The notes under the pieces: model-generated
Told to the model about the DNA's origin: nothing
What the model saw: only the letters and a program-made list of their open reading frames with translations
Database searches by the model: none
DNA from: a virus
Taxonomy: Duplodnaviria; Caudoviricetes
IMG/VR virus record: IMGVR_UViG_3300031788_000016
Location: 1-59,440 of that record
DNA length: 59,440 nucleotides
Reading direction: 5' to 3' (one strand)
Made by a program: the position numbers and the translations under genes
In this document: piece by piece, positions 36,901-45,842 of the stretch
Layout of the letters: each line of letters begins with the position of its first letter
Position numbering within the stretch: position 1 is the stretch's first letter

Positions 36901-39900
36901 GTAGAGCGGATGCGGGATTCTTTCCGCCAACTCGATGTGCGTCCACTTGTCGCCCTTGAGCCCGCCGGTCTTGGCGACGTCGAACAGCCCGCCCTTCTCT
37001 TCGGCGAGGTCTTTCGAGCGGATCAAGCGCGCGCCGGTGATCTCGCCATTCGAGAGAGAACGCACTGTCTTCTCGGTCATCGGCAGGTAGTGGAGGATGT
37101 TGCCCTTCTGCTGCGTGTCGACGCCGGCCGCATTCAGGAAGGCGCGGAACTTCTCGAAGACGAAGGGCACCTTGGGTGGTGGCGGCGTTTCGCCAGCTTG
37201 GTATGCACGCCAGAAATCCTCATTTCGAGTTCCGCGAATACCCGCTGCCTCTCCGAGGATGGCATGGGCATCGTGTCCGAGCAGCGCGTACGTCGTGAGG
37301 TGGTCATAGCTCTGTCCTCCCTTGCCGCCGCCGCGAGTCGGCGTCTCGTCGTAGGTGTAGCCGTCGCGCTCGCGCGCCGAGAACTTCTTCCGCACGGGAT
37401 GGTCGAGTTTGACCATGTAGTTGTAGCCGACGCCGACCGGCTTTTCGAGATACTTTCCGGTCTGCGGATCGAACAGGCGCACGGTGTGGCTGAGCCCCGC
37501 CGCGTCCAAGGCCTTGTCGATCTCGCGGGCGTGATCCTTGCCGTCGAAATTGGCGAACGTGTAGGGCTTTCCGGTTTCGTGCACGAGCAGCCCGGCTGCC
37601 TGCTCGATGGTCTGCGACGGGTTGATGCGGTTGACGATTCCGTGGGTGTTGAGGATGACCTCGATCGGCTTGCCGTCATCGGTGCGCGGCATCTCGGCGT
37701 CGGGGATGATCGCGGCCACAGTGCCCTTGGCGGCCGAAGACATCGACAGCTTGTCGCCGACGCCCATGGGCTCTTCAGTCTGCAGATGCACGTCGATGCG
37801 CGTGCTGCTGCGCAGGACACGGTAGACGGTGGCGGGGAAGTCCTCATTCCAAACCAGCGAGGCGTCCTTGTAGGGGCGCTGCAGGCTCTTGTGGATCTGG
37901 CCCAGGTTCTGTGACGAGCGGTCCTGCTTGTCGAACTCGTTCTTGCGCAGCGCCGCGACCAGGATGTCGCCTGGATCGACGCGCGATCCCTCTTTGACGA
38001 CGCCGGTGTCGTCCAGCTTGGCGTAGTTCGCGCCGGTGTATTTGGTCGGGAACTGCGCGAAGGCCAGCTTCTTGTCGATCACCATGCCGGGCTGGAGTTC
38101 CAGTTCCTCGCGATGGATATGCATCGACGAGAACTTCTCCTTGGCGCTCTCGCTGATGGAGATGGCGTCTTCGAAGTTGAGGCCGTTCTTCCACGGCATG
38201 AAGGCGGTGCGCACGTTGACGCCCAGAGCCAGCTTGCCGTCGCGAGAGTAGTTGCTGTCAGCGAGGAGATCGCCCTTCTTCACCATCTGGCCGACTTTGA
38301 CGACGGGGATGTGATCCAGAGCCACCTTCGCCTGCATCGGATAGTGGTCGAAGAGTTCGTGGCGCACGCCGGCCACCACGATCGCCTGCGGCGACACGCT
38401 CTCGACCTTTCCATCGACCATCGAACGGATCACGAAGGCGCGGGCCAATTCCTCATACACGCTGTTGCCGGCGCCATCGACCATGGAGGCGAGCGGCAGT
38501 TCGCGGTGCACCAGCGGGAGCGCCTGGGTCAGATGCTTGCCGGCCATCATGGCGCGGTTGGCGTGCGTGTGGTCGAGGAAGAGAGCGGCATTCGAGGTGT
38601 TGTCGAACATCGCGCGGCCAGACGGGATGATGTATTCGACCTTCTTCGGGTCGACCATCACGATGTGGCCCTTCTCGTTTGCGCGAACCAGCGTGTCGAT
38701 GGGCTTGCCCTTGTCGTCCCAGTATTCCGGGTAGCCGATGACCGCATCCGAGGCCTGCACCGTGCTCAGCGAGACGGGCTTGTCGTTCTGGTTGACGTGG
38801 CCGCCGTCGACCTTCAAGAAGAAGGAGCGGATCTCGTTGCCGTGCTTCTGTGCGTTGACCGCGAGATGGGTCGTGACGCCCACCGCCATGCCTTCAGGGC
38901 TGTGCACGGGGTCGATGAAGTTGGCAGAGCCGGGGCGGAACAGGCGCGCGTCCTGCGTGATGGCGCGCTCGGTGCCGATGCCGCCCTCGCCCATCACGGT
39001 GATCTTCGAGTTCTCGGAGAGGATCGAGAGCGGGTTCGCTGCTTCAGCGGTGGTCGCCAAGCCGCCTTCGACGTCGTTCGTCCCGCCGAAGAAGGAAACG
39101 GTGGCCGAGTTCAGCCAGCCGTTTCCGAACGCTTTCACCAGTGTGTTCCCTGGTTTCGCGATACGCAGGAGCAGTTTACGCTTGAGGAGGCGCTGGAGAC
39201 GCCGAATGCGCTCGGGGATGAAATCATCGACATGGTAGATGTTCTTGAATTCCACCGAGTCACGGTCGTCCGGCGGTGCCGTGCCACGAGAGACTTCCAG
39301 GATGCGTCGCGATGCTTCGAGGAAGACTCGCGGCGTGATGTAATTGAACGGAGCGCCCAGAGTTTTCTGGGTGGTGTATGCATCGAGCTTGCGGCCCTCA
39401 AGCCACTGCCGGATCGCCACGATCTGTCCCGCCTCATCGACATCATCGAACTCCTTGCTCTTCTCGATCACACCCGCGCGAATGAGATCGCGGTTCTGTT
39501 TGTGCTCCACAACGGAGTGGAACATCTTCGAGACGTCAGAGGCGCGCGCCTTGACGCGGTTCTTGTCCAGGATCTCGTGCGCACCCTTGTCGTTCCCCCA
39601 CACCGCGAGGATGTCGGAGTCGGATACACCAAGAGCGCGCATGATGGCATACCAGCTGACGTTGGACTTGTAGACCTCGATCTTGAAGATCGACGTCTTG
39701 GGCTCCATATACACCTTCAGCTGGCCACTGGGCGTATTGATCCAAGACTCGAACTCGCCGTTGGTCTTCTCCCGGGTGTAGACGCCGGGCTTCATCCGCA
39801 GTTGGTAGGGCTCGAAGTAATCGCTGCCCTTGACCATCATCGTTCCGAGCGCTCCCATGAGAGGCAAGCTGCCGAGATTGAATCCCGGCAGCTTTTGCGC

Positions 39901-40167
39901 GATCTTCCCGTCACGACTCAACGTGATGTCGGCGATGATGCGCCCGCCCACCGTTCTACCAGACTGGCGCGCAGCTTGCCACGCGTTCAACCCATGCGGA
40001 TTGAACTGAGTGTCGTCGACGTGGATACCAGTCGCTTCAATACGGATGGAGCCCTCCTCGATAGGGAAGATGCTCGCGACCGCGTCTATGACATTCTTCT
40101 TCAGCGCATCGTTGACCTGTTCATACCGAAACGAGCGCGCCGGTAGCTGTGCAAATGGGTCGGCCAT
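33916..40167 (-). CDS. rpoBC: DNA-directed RNA polymerase, fused beta-beta' single chain
   Basis: Beta motifs: SPEG, GDKLS..KG, KLDH..KKFSAR. Beta' motifs: GGLFD..HIEL, DYSGRS, NRAPSLH, catalytic NADYDGD, GARKG, TQLMLKSFHSGG. Confidence 0.95.
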   Translation of the reverse strand: MADPFAQLPARSFRYEQVNDALKKNVIDAVASIFPIEEGSIRIEATGIHVDDTQFNPHGLNAWQAARQSGRTVGGRIIADITLSRDGKIAQKLPGFNLGSLPLMGALGTMMVKGSDYFEPYQLRMKPGVYTREKTNGEFESWINTPSGQLKVYMEPKTSIFKIEVYKSNVSWYAIMRALGVSDSDILAVWGNDKGAHEILDKNRVKARASDVSKMFHSVVEHKQNRDLIRAGVIEKSKEFDDVDEAGQIVAIRQWLEGRKLDAYTTQKTLGAPFNYITPRVFLEASRRILEVSRGTAPPDDRDSVEFKNIYHVDDFIPERIRRLQRLLKRKLLLRIAKPGNTLVKAFGNGWLNSATVSFFGGTNDVEGGLATTAEAANPLSILSENSKITVMGEGGIGTERAITQDARLFRPGSANFIDPVHSPEGMAVGVTTHLAVNAQKHGNEIRSFFLKVDGGHVNQNDKPVSLSTVQASDAVIGYPEYWDDKGKPIDTLVRANEKGHIVMVDPKKVEYIIPSGRAMFDNTSNAALFLDHTHANRAMMAGKHLTQALPLVHRELPLASMVDGAGNSVYEELARAFVIRSMVDGKVESVSPQAIVVAGVRHELFDHYPMQAKVALDHIPVVKVGQMVKKGDLLADSNYSRDGKLALGVNVRTAFMPWKNGLNFEDAISISESAKEKFSSMHIHREELELQPGMVIDKKLAFAQFPTKYTGANYAKLDDTGVVKEGSRVDPGDILVAALRKNEFDKQDRSSQNLGQIHKSLQRPYKDASLVWNEDFPATVYRVLRSSTRIDVHLQTEEPMGVGDKLSMSSAAKGTVAAIIPDAEMPRTDDGKPIEVILNTHGIVNRINPSQTIEQAAGLLVHETGKPYTFANFDGKDHAREIDKALDAAGLSHTVRLFDPQTGKYLEKPVGVGYNYMVKLDHPVRKKFSARERDGYTYDETPTRGGGKGGQSYDHLTTYALLGHDAHAILGEAAGIRGTRNEDFWRAYQAGETPPPPKVPFVFEKFRAFLNAAGVDTQQKGNILHYLPMTEKTVRSLSNGEITGARLIRSKDLAEEKGGLFDVAKTGGLKGDKWTHIELAERIPHPLYEKTIRDMTGMKTADYYGLIMHTRHYDPRTGKFVETPNAHTLTGEAGFKKILDFDVDKKLDDFKAKLHTAVGSDANKYSRATKYLRGLKLSKLSPFDAYMTNVVPVVPPKYRPIIEMGDKSLRIADSNLLYRDLVLTNDALKDAKAAHLPEEHMKAARNNLYTSFGALIGVNNPLTHRDDREDASGFIDVIKGKLNKEGLFQRMVVAHRNDYSGRSTIEPDASLGPDEIAIPEDMAWKLFKPIVVRRMSKGGWKPAEAMDHVEKRTMAARQNLDAEMKDRLVLYNRAPSLHRWSILAAKPRISEGKEVRISPLVVGPFNADYDGDTMSVFVPITDDAKREAVKLLPTNNLLYDKDKSLAFGVSKDVISGIFALTKPGTPTGKTFDSADDAIDAYRSNKDSSLQMGSLVKIKGQPTQVAIGWLIFEEIVPARFMMGVSAPIDGKKLEKILTTIAEKSPADYNNLSRKIASAGFSAAAAAGGITASIKELVVDRTKIDRLLKQLDKDVANTDPKDQEALYGLSKKYDSQLIDEVKDHLGKIDLGYHSFIESGSNKKLDQLKQMLASPVMVTDVHDQIVPGVIRSSYAMGMRPSDYIMVTPGARKGMVAKGLSVAMPGFLAKEIAGNMGDIRIMERDCGTHNGLDEQLSEPDVDLLDRHLLEDVPGIAKRNDPVTPEILAKMRDAGMEIVRVRSPLTCAAVHVPCQMCAGRDANGQLHPLGSNIGYNYGQTVSERSTQLMLKSFHSGGTVGSGDSLSAGFQRLHELLAVPSTIKNQGGLATVTGRVTDIRAAPQGGSFVYIQAPDQEPVEHHILQGRDVIVKHDQMVDIGQPISTGNFDPREIAASQGALAAQKYVVNQIRKSYADAGAVVRKPVIEVIAAGMMRTVEITDDGGEPDLAIGDVMHENEFNLRHMRNPKITAKPVLLGLGYKPLESKDLLSRLNFQRLDDSVRDVASQSGSSDLTGNASPIAGLAYGAKFRQNQIVDDAFERPMPSEVA

Positions 40168-40188
40168 GGGCCGGCGAGTGTAGCCCGA

Positions 40189-40371
40189 TCAGTCCGGCTC
40201 GCCAGCGGGCTCGGGAGGCAGTTGGATCGGCTCGCCCTGGATCACAGGCTCACCGTATCTGACCGAGACGCCGACGACAGCGTGCTCGGTGACGCCGCCG
40301 CAGTGGCACATCGAGCCGGGCATGACGCCGCCGTAGATGGTTCCGCAGGCCTTGCAGCGAGAGAGGCTCAT
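40189..40371 (-). CDS. 60-aa Zn-ribbon protein
   Basis: TGATG coupling to the upstream gene; CKAC-x12-CHC. Confidence 0.6.
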   Translation of the reverse strand: MSLSRCKACGTIYGGVMPGSMCHCGGVTEHAVVGVSVRYGEPVIQGEPIQLPPEPAGEPD

Positions 40372-42836
40372 CAGTTCCCTTTCAGATTCACGGTGGGCGT
40401 CGTGACGCCGAGCGTGGTCGGTGGCGTCGGGGCGGAATCGCTCCCGTCGTAGTCGTAATACTTCTGCGAGACCGCCTGGAAGTTGCCGCGGTTGATGTAG
40501 GCCGTTTGGTTGGCCTGCGTCTGCGTGGCCGTCACGCTGCCGGGCGCATTCGTGGGCGTGGTGCAGAGCGTGCTGAAGTCGAGATTCAGAAGCTGGTTGA
40601 TCTGATCGATGACGTTCAGCAGGCGCTGAAGACGATCGTTGTCTATGCACTTCTTACCGACCGCGGGGATGCCATCGAACGTGCCCATCGAGATGGTCTG
40701 CGAATCGGCGATGTCGTAGCTGTCCTGCACCTGATTCAACACGTTGTTCGCGATCTTTGAGATCACCGGGTTGTCGCAGTTGAGTACCAAGCACTGCACC
40801 GCTTTGATCAGCGTGTCGAGAGCGGACGAGCTTTGGCCATTCGTTCCGAGCAGGCGACTGAGATCTGCTGTCTTGAGCGTCTCGTACAGATCCGAGAACT
40901 GGGTGGCGAGGCCGGCGATGTTCTCTTCGATGGCCACGGCATCCGAAGCCACGGACAGCGCGACTTCCAGCTGCCCGATTCCAAGGCCGAGGTGGCTCTT
41001 CATGCAGTAGAGGAACGTCTCGCGCTGCTTGATGGCGATATTCAGCGCAGTGGCCGCGGCCTGCAGATCGGTCGTGCTGTTGATGGCATTCGAGGGATCG
41101 TCGATCGAGCGGCGATTCGAATGGTTCTGGCACGCCAGGAGGAAGTTGTCGATGAGCGTGATCACCACTGCGCCGCCCTGCGGGTCGCCACAGGGCGTGA
41201 CGTCGAAGAGATCGATGATGGCCTGCAGTTCGGCAGCGAAGCCCTGCTGCACGTCGAGGATGTCCTGGATGATGTTGAAGATCTTCGGAATGGTGTTCAT
41301 CAGCGGGCACAGCACCGCCAGGATCGAATAGGCGCCGACCATCGACGAGATGTATGTCCATACGTCGGTCTTCGGCTGTGCCGGGATGGCGTTTGCGGCC
41401 GCAAGCCGCTGGCGCGCATAGTTGTTCACGTTCACATAGAACTGCTGCAACTGATCCTGCGAGGCCGTCGTGGTCACCAGGGCCTCGCCCTGCTGCTTGA
41501 TGTAGGTCGCGATGTCCTTGTTCGCCGCAGCCTGCGCCGTGATCTGATTCAGCGAGCCTGCAGGATCACCGCTCTCCAGCTGAATGCGCAGCGCAGAGAT
41601 CTGCATTTGGATGACGTTGATGATCAACGAGAGCATCTCGCCGAGCGGCAGCTGCTCCAACGACTTCAGCAGCGCGACGGCGTTGATGATGTTGTTGTAA
41701 AGCGTGAGGATGTACTGGTCTTCGATCTTCAGCTGGTTGCGTAGGAACTGGAGTTCCGCGCAGGCCAGCCGGAAATTGATGCCAGGGAGGACCTGGGCGA
41801 GGCTGGAGTTGAGGAAGGCTTGGAGATCGGTGACCTTGATGCCATTGATGCCGATGAACGACTCCAGCGAATCGGTGGCGCCGGTGTAGATCGTGTCCTT
41901 GGCATGGCAGACGTGCGCGGTGGCGTCTTGCAGCGTCGCGCGATCGAAGACGCCCTGCGTGCGCAGCTTCCGTGACACGATCCGGAGATCCCGGTCGGCG
42001 ATGCAGAGATCGTTCAGCAGCGACGTATTGGCCAGCGAGACGTCGATCTGCGCCGGGATGAAGCTGGCTTGCTGGAAGCACGTCGAGACTGCGCCACGGA
42101 TCTGCTTGAGATACGTCAGTTCGGTGTCGATCGCCGGAATGCCGTGCTTGAAGGCAAAGAGATAGATCGCCCGCATGTTCCCTTCGGCGTTCGGGCTAAA
42201 GAAAAGAGATTTGCCGACCAGCATGACCTGATCGACGTATTGGGTGATGAGTGATTGGTCAGCCGGGTTTGAATCCGGCGAGAGCGGCTGGATCGTGGCG
42301 TCGTAAAGCGTGCCGAGAGATTGCTGCAGCGTGGCCTGCTGCAACTTGAAGATCGCGGTCAGCGGATCCGACAGGGCATCCGTCACCGAATTTATCATCG
42401 TGTCGAGCACGCTGCTGCCCGATGTCGGCCCGCCGGTCGCACCGTTATTCGGGATCAGGATGTCTTTGAAGAGATCGTAGGTATCGGTGATCGGCTTCGT
42501 CATCGCCGCCGAGAGCTTTGTCGAAGACGCGCTCTGGCCGCTGTAGAAGCTGGTGATCGAGAGCGCGCTCTGCGCCAGTCCGGTGAGGCAGCCGAGAAAT
42601 CCTTCAGCAGGGACAAGTCCGTCCGCGGTCTGCACTCCGTCCAGCTGATTGTTGACGGCGGTGACGCCGGCCAACACCTCCGTTGTGCCGCCAACACCGG
42701 TGGCCATGCCCTGCATGATTCCGAGTTCCGTCGCGGACGGCGCCGGCGTATATGCCGGGCCTGGAAGGCTTTCCGGCGCGACAACGCCGGGGTACCCGAC
42801 ATTGCTCCCCGGTGGGACGTAGGGAGCAGCGGTCAT
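40371..42836 (-). CDS. Large hypothetical (probably virion) protein
   Basis: 821 aa, helical; ATGA overlap with the sigma gene. Confidence 0.8.
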   Translation of the reverse strand: MTAAPYVPPGSNVGYPGVVAPESLPGPAYTPAPSATELGIMQGMATGVGGTTEVLAGVTAVNNQLDGVQTADGLVPAEGFLGCLTGLAQSALSITSFYSGQSASSTKLSAAMTKPITDTYDLFKDILIPNNGATGGPTSGSSVLDTMINSVTDALSDPLTAIFKLQQATLQQSLGTLYDATIQPLSPDSNPADQSLITQYVDQVMLVGKSLFFSPNAEGNMRAIYLFAFKHGIPAIDTELTYLKQIRGAVSTCFQQASFIPAQIDVSLANTSLLNDLCIADRDLRIVSRKLRTQGVFDRATLQDATAHVCHAKDTIYTGATDSLESFIGINGIKVTDLQAFLNSSLAQVLPGINFRLACAELQFLRNQLKIEDQYILTLYNNIINAVALLKSLEQLPLGEMLSLIINVIQMQISALRIQLESGDPAGSLNQITAQAAANKDIATYIKQQGEALVTTTASQDQLQQFYVNVNNYARQRLAAANAIPAQPKTDVWTYISSMVGAYSILAVLCPLMNTIPKIFNIIQDILDVQQGFAAELQAIIDLFDVTPCGDPQGGAVVITLIDNFLLACQNHSNRRSIDDPSNAINSTTDLQAAATALNIAIKQRETFLYCMKSHLGLGIGQLEVALSVASDAVAIEENIAGLATQFSDLYETLKTADLSRLLGTNGQSSSALDTLIKAVQCLVLNCDNPVISKIANNVLNQVQDSYDIADSQTISMGTFDGIPAVGKKCIDNDRLQRLLNVIDQINQLLNLDFSTLCTTPTNAPGSVTATQTQANQTAYINRGNFQAVSQKYYDYDGSDSAPTPPTTLGVTTPTVNLKGN

Positions 42837-43576
42837 TTGCCGCCCATATATTGATGCAGCTTCTTCGCGATGGACGTGCGCAGCTGTGAGACGCGGCCGG
42901 CGGAGAGCGCCAGCTTCTTCGCGATTGCATTGTTCGTCATCTTCGTGCGCCCATGAGCGCCGAGGCTATAGTCGAAGACGTTCTGCTCGTCGGGCGTCAA
43001 CGAGTAGTAGGCCATCATGGCGCGTTCGTAGTCAGCATCATGTTCGAACTGGGTAAGGTCGTCGACTCCTCCTCCGAATTCGAGCAGATCCTTTCGCATG
43101 AGACCCTGCAGATCAACGACATGAGAGACGGGCACACCGATATGGTCCGCGATCTCGTGCGTCGTGGGCTCACGTCCGAATTTGATATTGAGGTCAGCCA
43201 CCGCTTCACGGTAGGGTCCGATCTCCTGAATTCTGTGTTCGGGAATGCGGGCCGCGTTCTGGTACTGGCTGACATAGCGGTACAGCTTGTTCTTCACCGC
43301 GGTGGTGACGTAGGTGCCCATGTTCGACGTGCGGGACGGATCGTAATCCTTCAGCGCCTCGACAGCGAAGACGCGGCCCTGCAGTTCGAGCGTGGGCATG
43401 GGCAGCGGTGCGCCGCGAAACGAATTGATCGCCGTGCCGATGGCGCCGCTGAAGTTGTCGAGCAGCGGAACCAGAGCCTCGTCCTTCTCATCCCCAGTCG
43501 CGTTCTTCCATTGCGAATGCAAACGCTGATCCAGGGATCCAGGCGAGGTTCCGGGCAGCGGCATGGGGTCAAACAC
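42833..43576 (-). CDS. Sigma70-family sigma factor (regions 2, 3 and 4)
   Basis: EALKDYDPSR..MGTY, ARIPE, GREPTTHEIADHIG, HTH IAKKLALSAGRVSQL; start set to GTG 43576. Confidence 0.9.
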   Translation of the reverse strand: MFDPMPLPGTSPGSLDQRLHSQWKNATGDEKDEALVPLLDNFSGAIGTAINSFRGAPLPMPTLELQGRVFAVEALKDYDPSRTSNMGTYVTTAVKNKLYRYVSQYQNAARIPEHRIQEIGPYREAVADLNIKFGREPTTHEIADHIGVPVSHVVDLQGLMRKDLLEFGGGVDDLTQFEHDADYERAMMAYYSLTPDEQNVFDYSLGAHGRTKMTNNAIAKKLALSAGRVSQLRTSIAKKLHQYMGGK

Positions 43577-43592
43577 GTGGTCGCCTTGTGGT

Positions 43593-45824
43593 TCAACCGT
43601 TGGTGATGAGGGCCTTGATGCGAGCGGAGATCTGCAGTGCAGCATTCTGCCGGAAGGTGGAGATGGTGCCAGCCTTGCCATCGGGCGCGACAGCGGTGTA
43701 GGCACCATATTGGTTGGCAGCCGGCGTTCCGGTATTGCCCACGAATTGCAGTTGCACCGGCGCGCCGAACAGCGGATTGCCCACCGACGTGCTCTTGACC
43801 AGATTGTCGGGCAGCAGGTTCGCGGCGACTGAATCAGGATCGGTGGTGTTCGTGATCGCCGAGTTAAAACCCTGCAGACCATCGAGCCCGTGGAAGTTGG
43901 CGTATTCAGTGATCGTGACGCCCGGCCGGAACTGATAGCGCAGCATGTTGGTCTGGTAGTCGCCACCGGGCATCGCCATGAGATCGGCGAGCGTCATGTC
44001 CGACGATTCGCTCTGCGGGAAGAGGCCGCTCGGATCATAGGTGGGCGAATTGAGCAGCACCTGAGCCAGCACATCGAGATTCACCTGTTGCGGTGCGAAC
44101 TCCGCTGCCGGCGATTGAGTCGTCTGGATCAAGGTCTGGGGCACCATAGCCGCGTGCGCACCAAGCCCGAAGCCAGGGAATGCCACCGAGGGGAAGTTCG
44201 TGCCGAAGAGCTTGGAATAGGTCGCGTCGATGTTGCCGGCCCAGAAGGCAGAGTTCACCCACGACGGCATCGGCGAATGGCGCTGCTTGCCAGGGACGAC
44301 ATATGACTCGCGGATATTTCCGATCAAGACGGTCGTCGACGCGCGCCCAGTGGCCTGGAGCGTGTGCGTGAGGCTGGCGACGATGCCATAGAACGGCCCG
44401 GTGGGATCTTCCACCAAGCACGGGAAGCCGGCGACGAGATATGGCAGGAAGGCGCAGTTCACCTGGGTGCTTCGCACCGCAGAGCGCGCGAGATCGAAGT
44501 GATAGCGGACACACGCCATCATGTAGTTGATCACGCTGTTCTGCTGCACCTGGGAATAGCCAGAGGTAGATGGCGAGGTGCCGGGCTTCGTGGCCGCGAG
44601 CTTGGCCAGCGTGTTCTCGATCGAGATGTTCCCGGGCGACGCCGGGATGATGCCCTTGTAGAGTTCTTCCGGCGACGGATAGCCATGCGTGACGATGGTG
44701 CTCGCGCCGTTCTTCGACGTGTCCATGTTGGCTACGGTCGGATCGTAATTCAGCTGCGCCTGGAACTCCGAGTTCTCGACCGACGTCGCCAAGACGAACG
44801 CCGGGATTTGAAGGCCGCCGGCCAGGGCCGACCCCGGCTGCGCGTAGACGCGCGTCGGCTCGCTGAGATAGCTGCGCGTCATGTCGAAGTCGGTGACTTG
44901 GCTGCGGAAGATGACGTTGCAAGCCGGCGGCACGACGTTGAGAAGATTGGGAACGAAGAGCAATTCGGCGAGGACAGATCCGCTGTCCAGCTGCGAAGAC
45001 TGCTGTGAGCTGGAATCGCCGAGCCCGAGGCTGGCCTGGACGTCATCGATCGCCGTCGCGACCTGCAAGAACTGCTGTGCGTTGGACGAGATCAGCGGCG
45101 GATTCAGGATCGGCGTGTGATGATACAGGATCATCGCCTCGATCTGTTGGAGCACAGAACTCAGTTGCTGATCGGTGGCCATGTTCAGCAATTGATTCTT
45201 CAGCAGGCTGTCGGTCAGTTCTCGCGACAGCAGCTTCTGGATCTCCAAATCGTCGATCGTGAAGACCTTTTTGTTGATGTACCGGGCGAAGTGGTAGAAC
45301 GAGTCCACCGCGCTCTGCTGCATGAACGCGTCGATGATGTTCAAGAGAATGAAGTTGATGCTGGCGTCGGATGCTTGGGATTGGCTGACCGCGGTATCGA
45401 TGAATCCAGCGAGAGTGGTGCCCAACAGATTGCTCTGCGCGCCGCACGACACGTTCAATCCGTTCACGACGAGAGACGACAGCCCTCCTGGATTGGTGGC
45501 GCCAAGAACCGAAGCGATCTTCACGCGATCCCACATCGAATGCAGGCCGCGGAAGATCAGCGTGCGCCGGCGTTTGCTGTCGGCCGCTTTTGATTTGGAA
45601 TAGCCGGTGTATTCGCCTTCGACCATGAAGCGCCACACGTTGGTGACCGGGTCGGAGTAGAAGATGGCGCAGTGCGATCGCGCCGGCAGCAGATCCCATT
45701 CGGCCACTGCAGGCACATCGACAGAGAAGGTGACGAGGCCACCGTCCTGCGCGGTGACAGAGACGGAAGCCGGGTCGAAGCGAACGCCGTTGATGTAGGC
45801 AACAACGGCAATGTTCTTGGCCAT
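43593..45824 (-). CDS. Putative baseplate hub/tail protein
   Basis: Beta-rich N-terminus (AYINGV..VSV..FSVDVP) and PYLVAGFP...YGIVASLTH hub-like C-terminal barrel; tail-module context. Confidence 0.55.
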   Translation of the reverse strand: MAKNIAVVAYINGVRFDPASVSVTAQDGGLVTFSVDVPAVAEWDLLPARSHCAIFYSDPVTNVWRFMVEGEYTGYSKSKAADSKRRRTLIFRGLHSMWDRVKIASVLGATNPGGLSSLVVNGLNVSCGAQSNLLGTTLAGFIDTAVSQSQASDASINFILLNIIDAFMQQSAVDSFYHFARYINKKVFTIDDLEIQKLLSRELTDSLLKNQLLNMATDQQLSSVLQQIEAMILYHHTPILNPPLISSNAQQFLQVATAIDDVQASLGLGDSSSQQSSQLDSGSVLAELLFVPNLLNVVPPACNVIFRSQVTDFDMTRSYLSEPTRVYAQPGSALAGGLQIPAFVLATSVENSEFQAQLNYDPTVANMDTSKNGASTIVTHGYPSPEELYKGIIPASPGNISIENTLAKLAATKPGTSPSTSGYSQVQQNSVINYMMACVRYHFDLARSAVRSTQVNCAFLPYLVAGFPCLVEDPTGPFYGIVASLTHTLQATGRASTTVLIGNIRESYVVPGKQRHSPMPSWVNSAFWAGNIDATYSKLFGTNFPSVAFPGFGLGAHAAMVPQTLIQTTQSPAAEFAPQQVNLDVLAQVLLNSPTYDPSGLFPQSESSDMTLADLMAMPGGDYQTNMLRYQFRPGVTITEYANFHGLDGLQGFNSAITNTTDPDSVAANLLPDNLVKSTSVGNPLFGAPVQLQFVGNTGTPAANQYGAYTAVAPDGKAGTISTFRQNAALQISARIKALITNG

Positions 45825-45842
45825 GCGAAACCTCTTTCTCGT

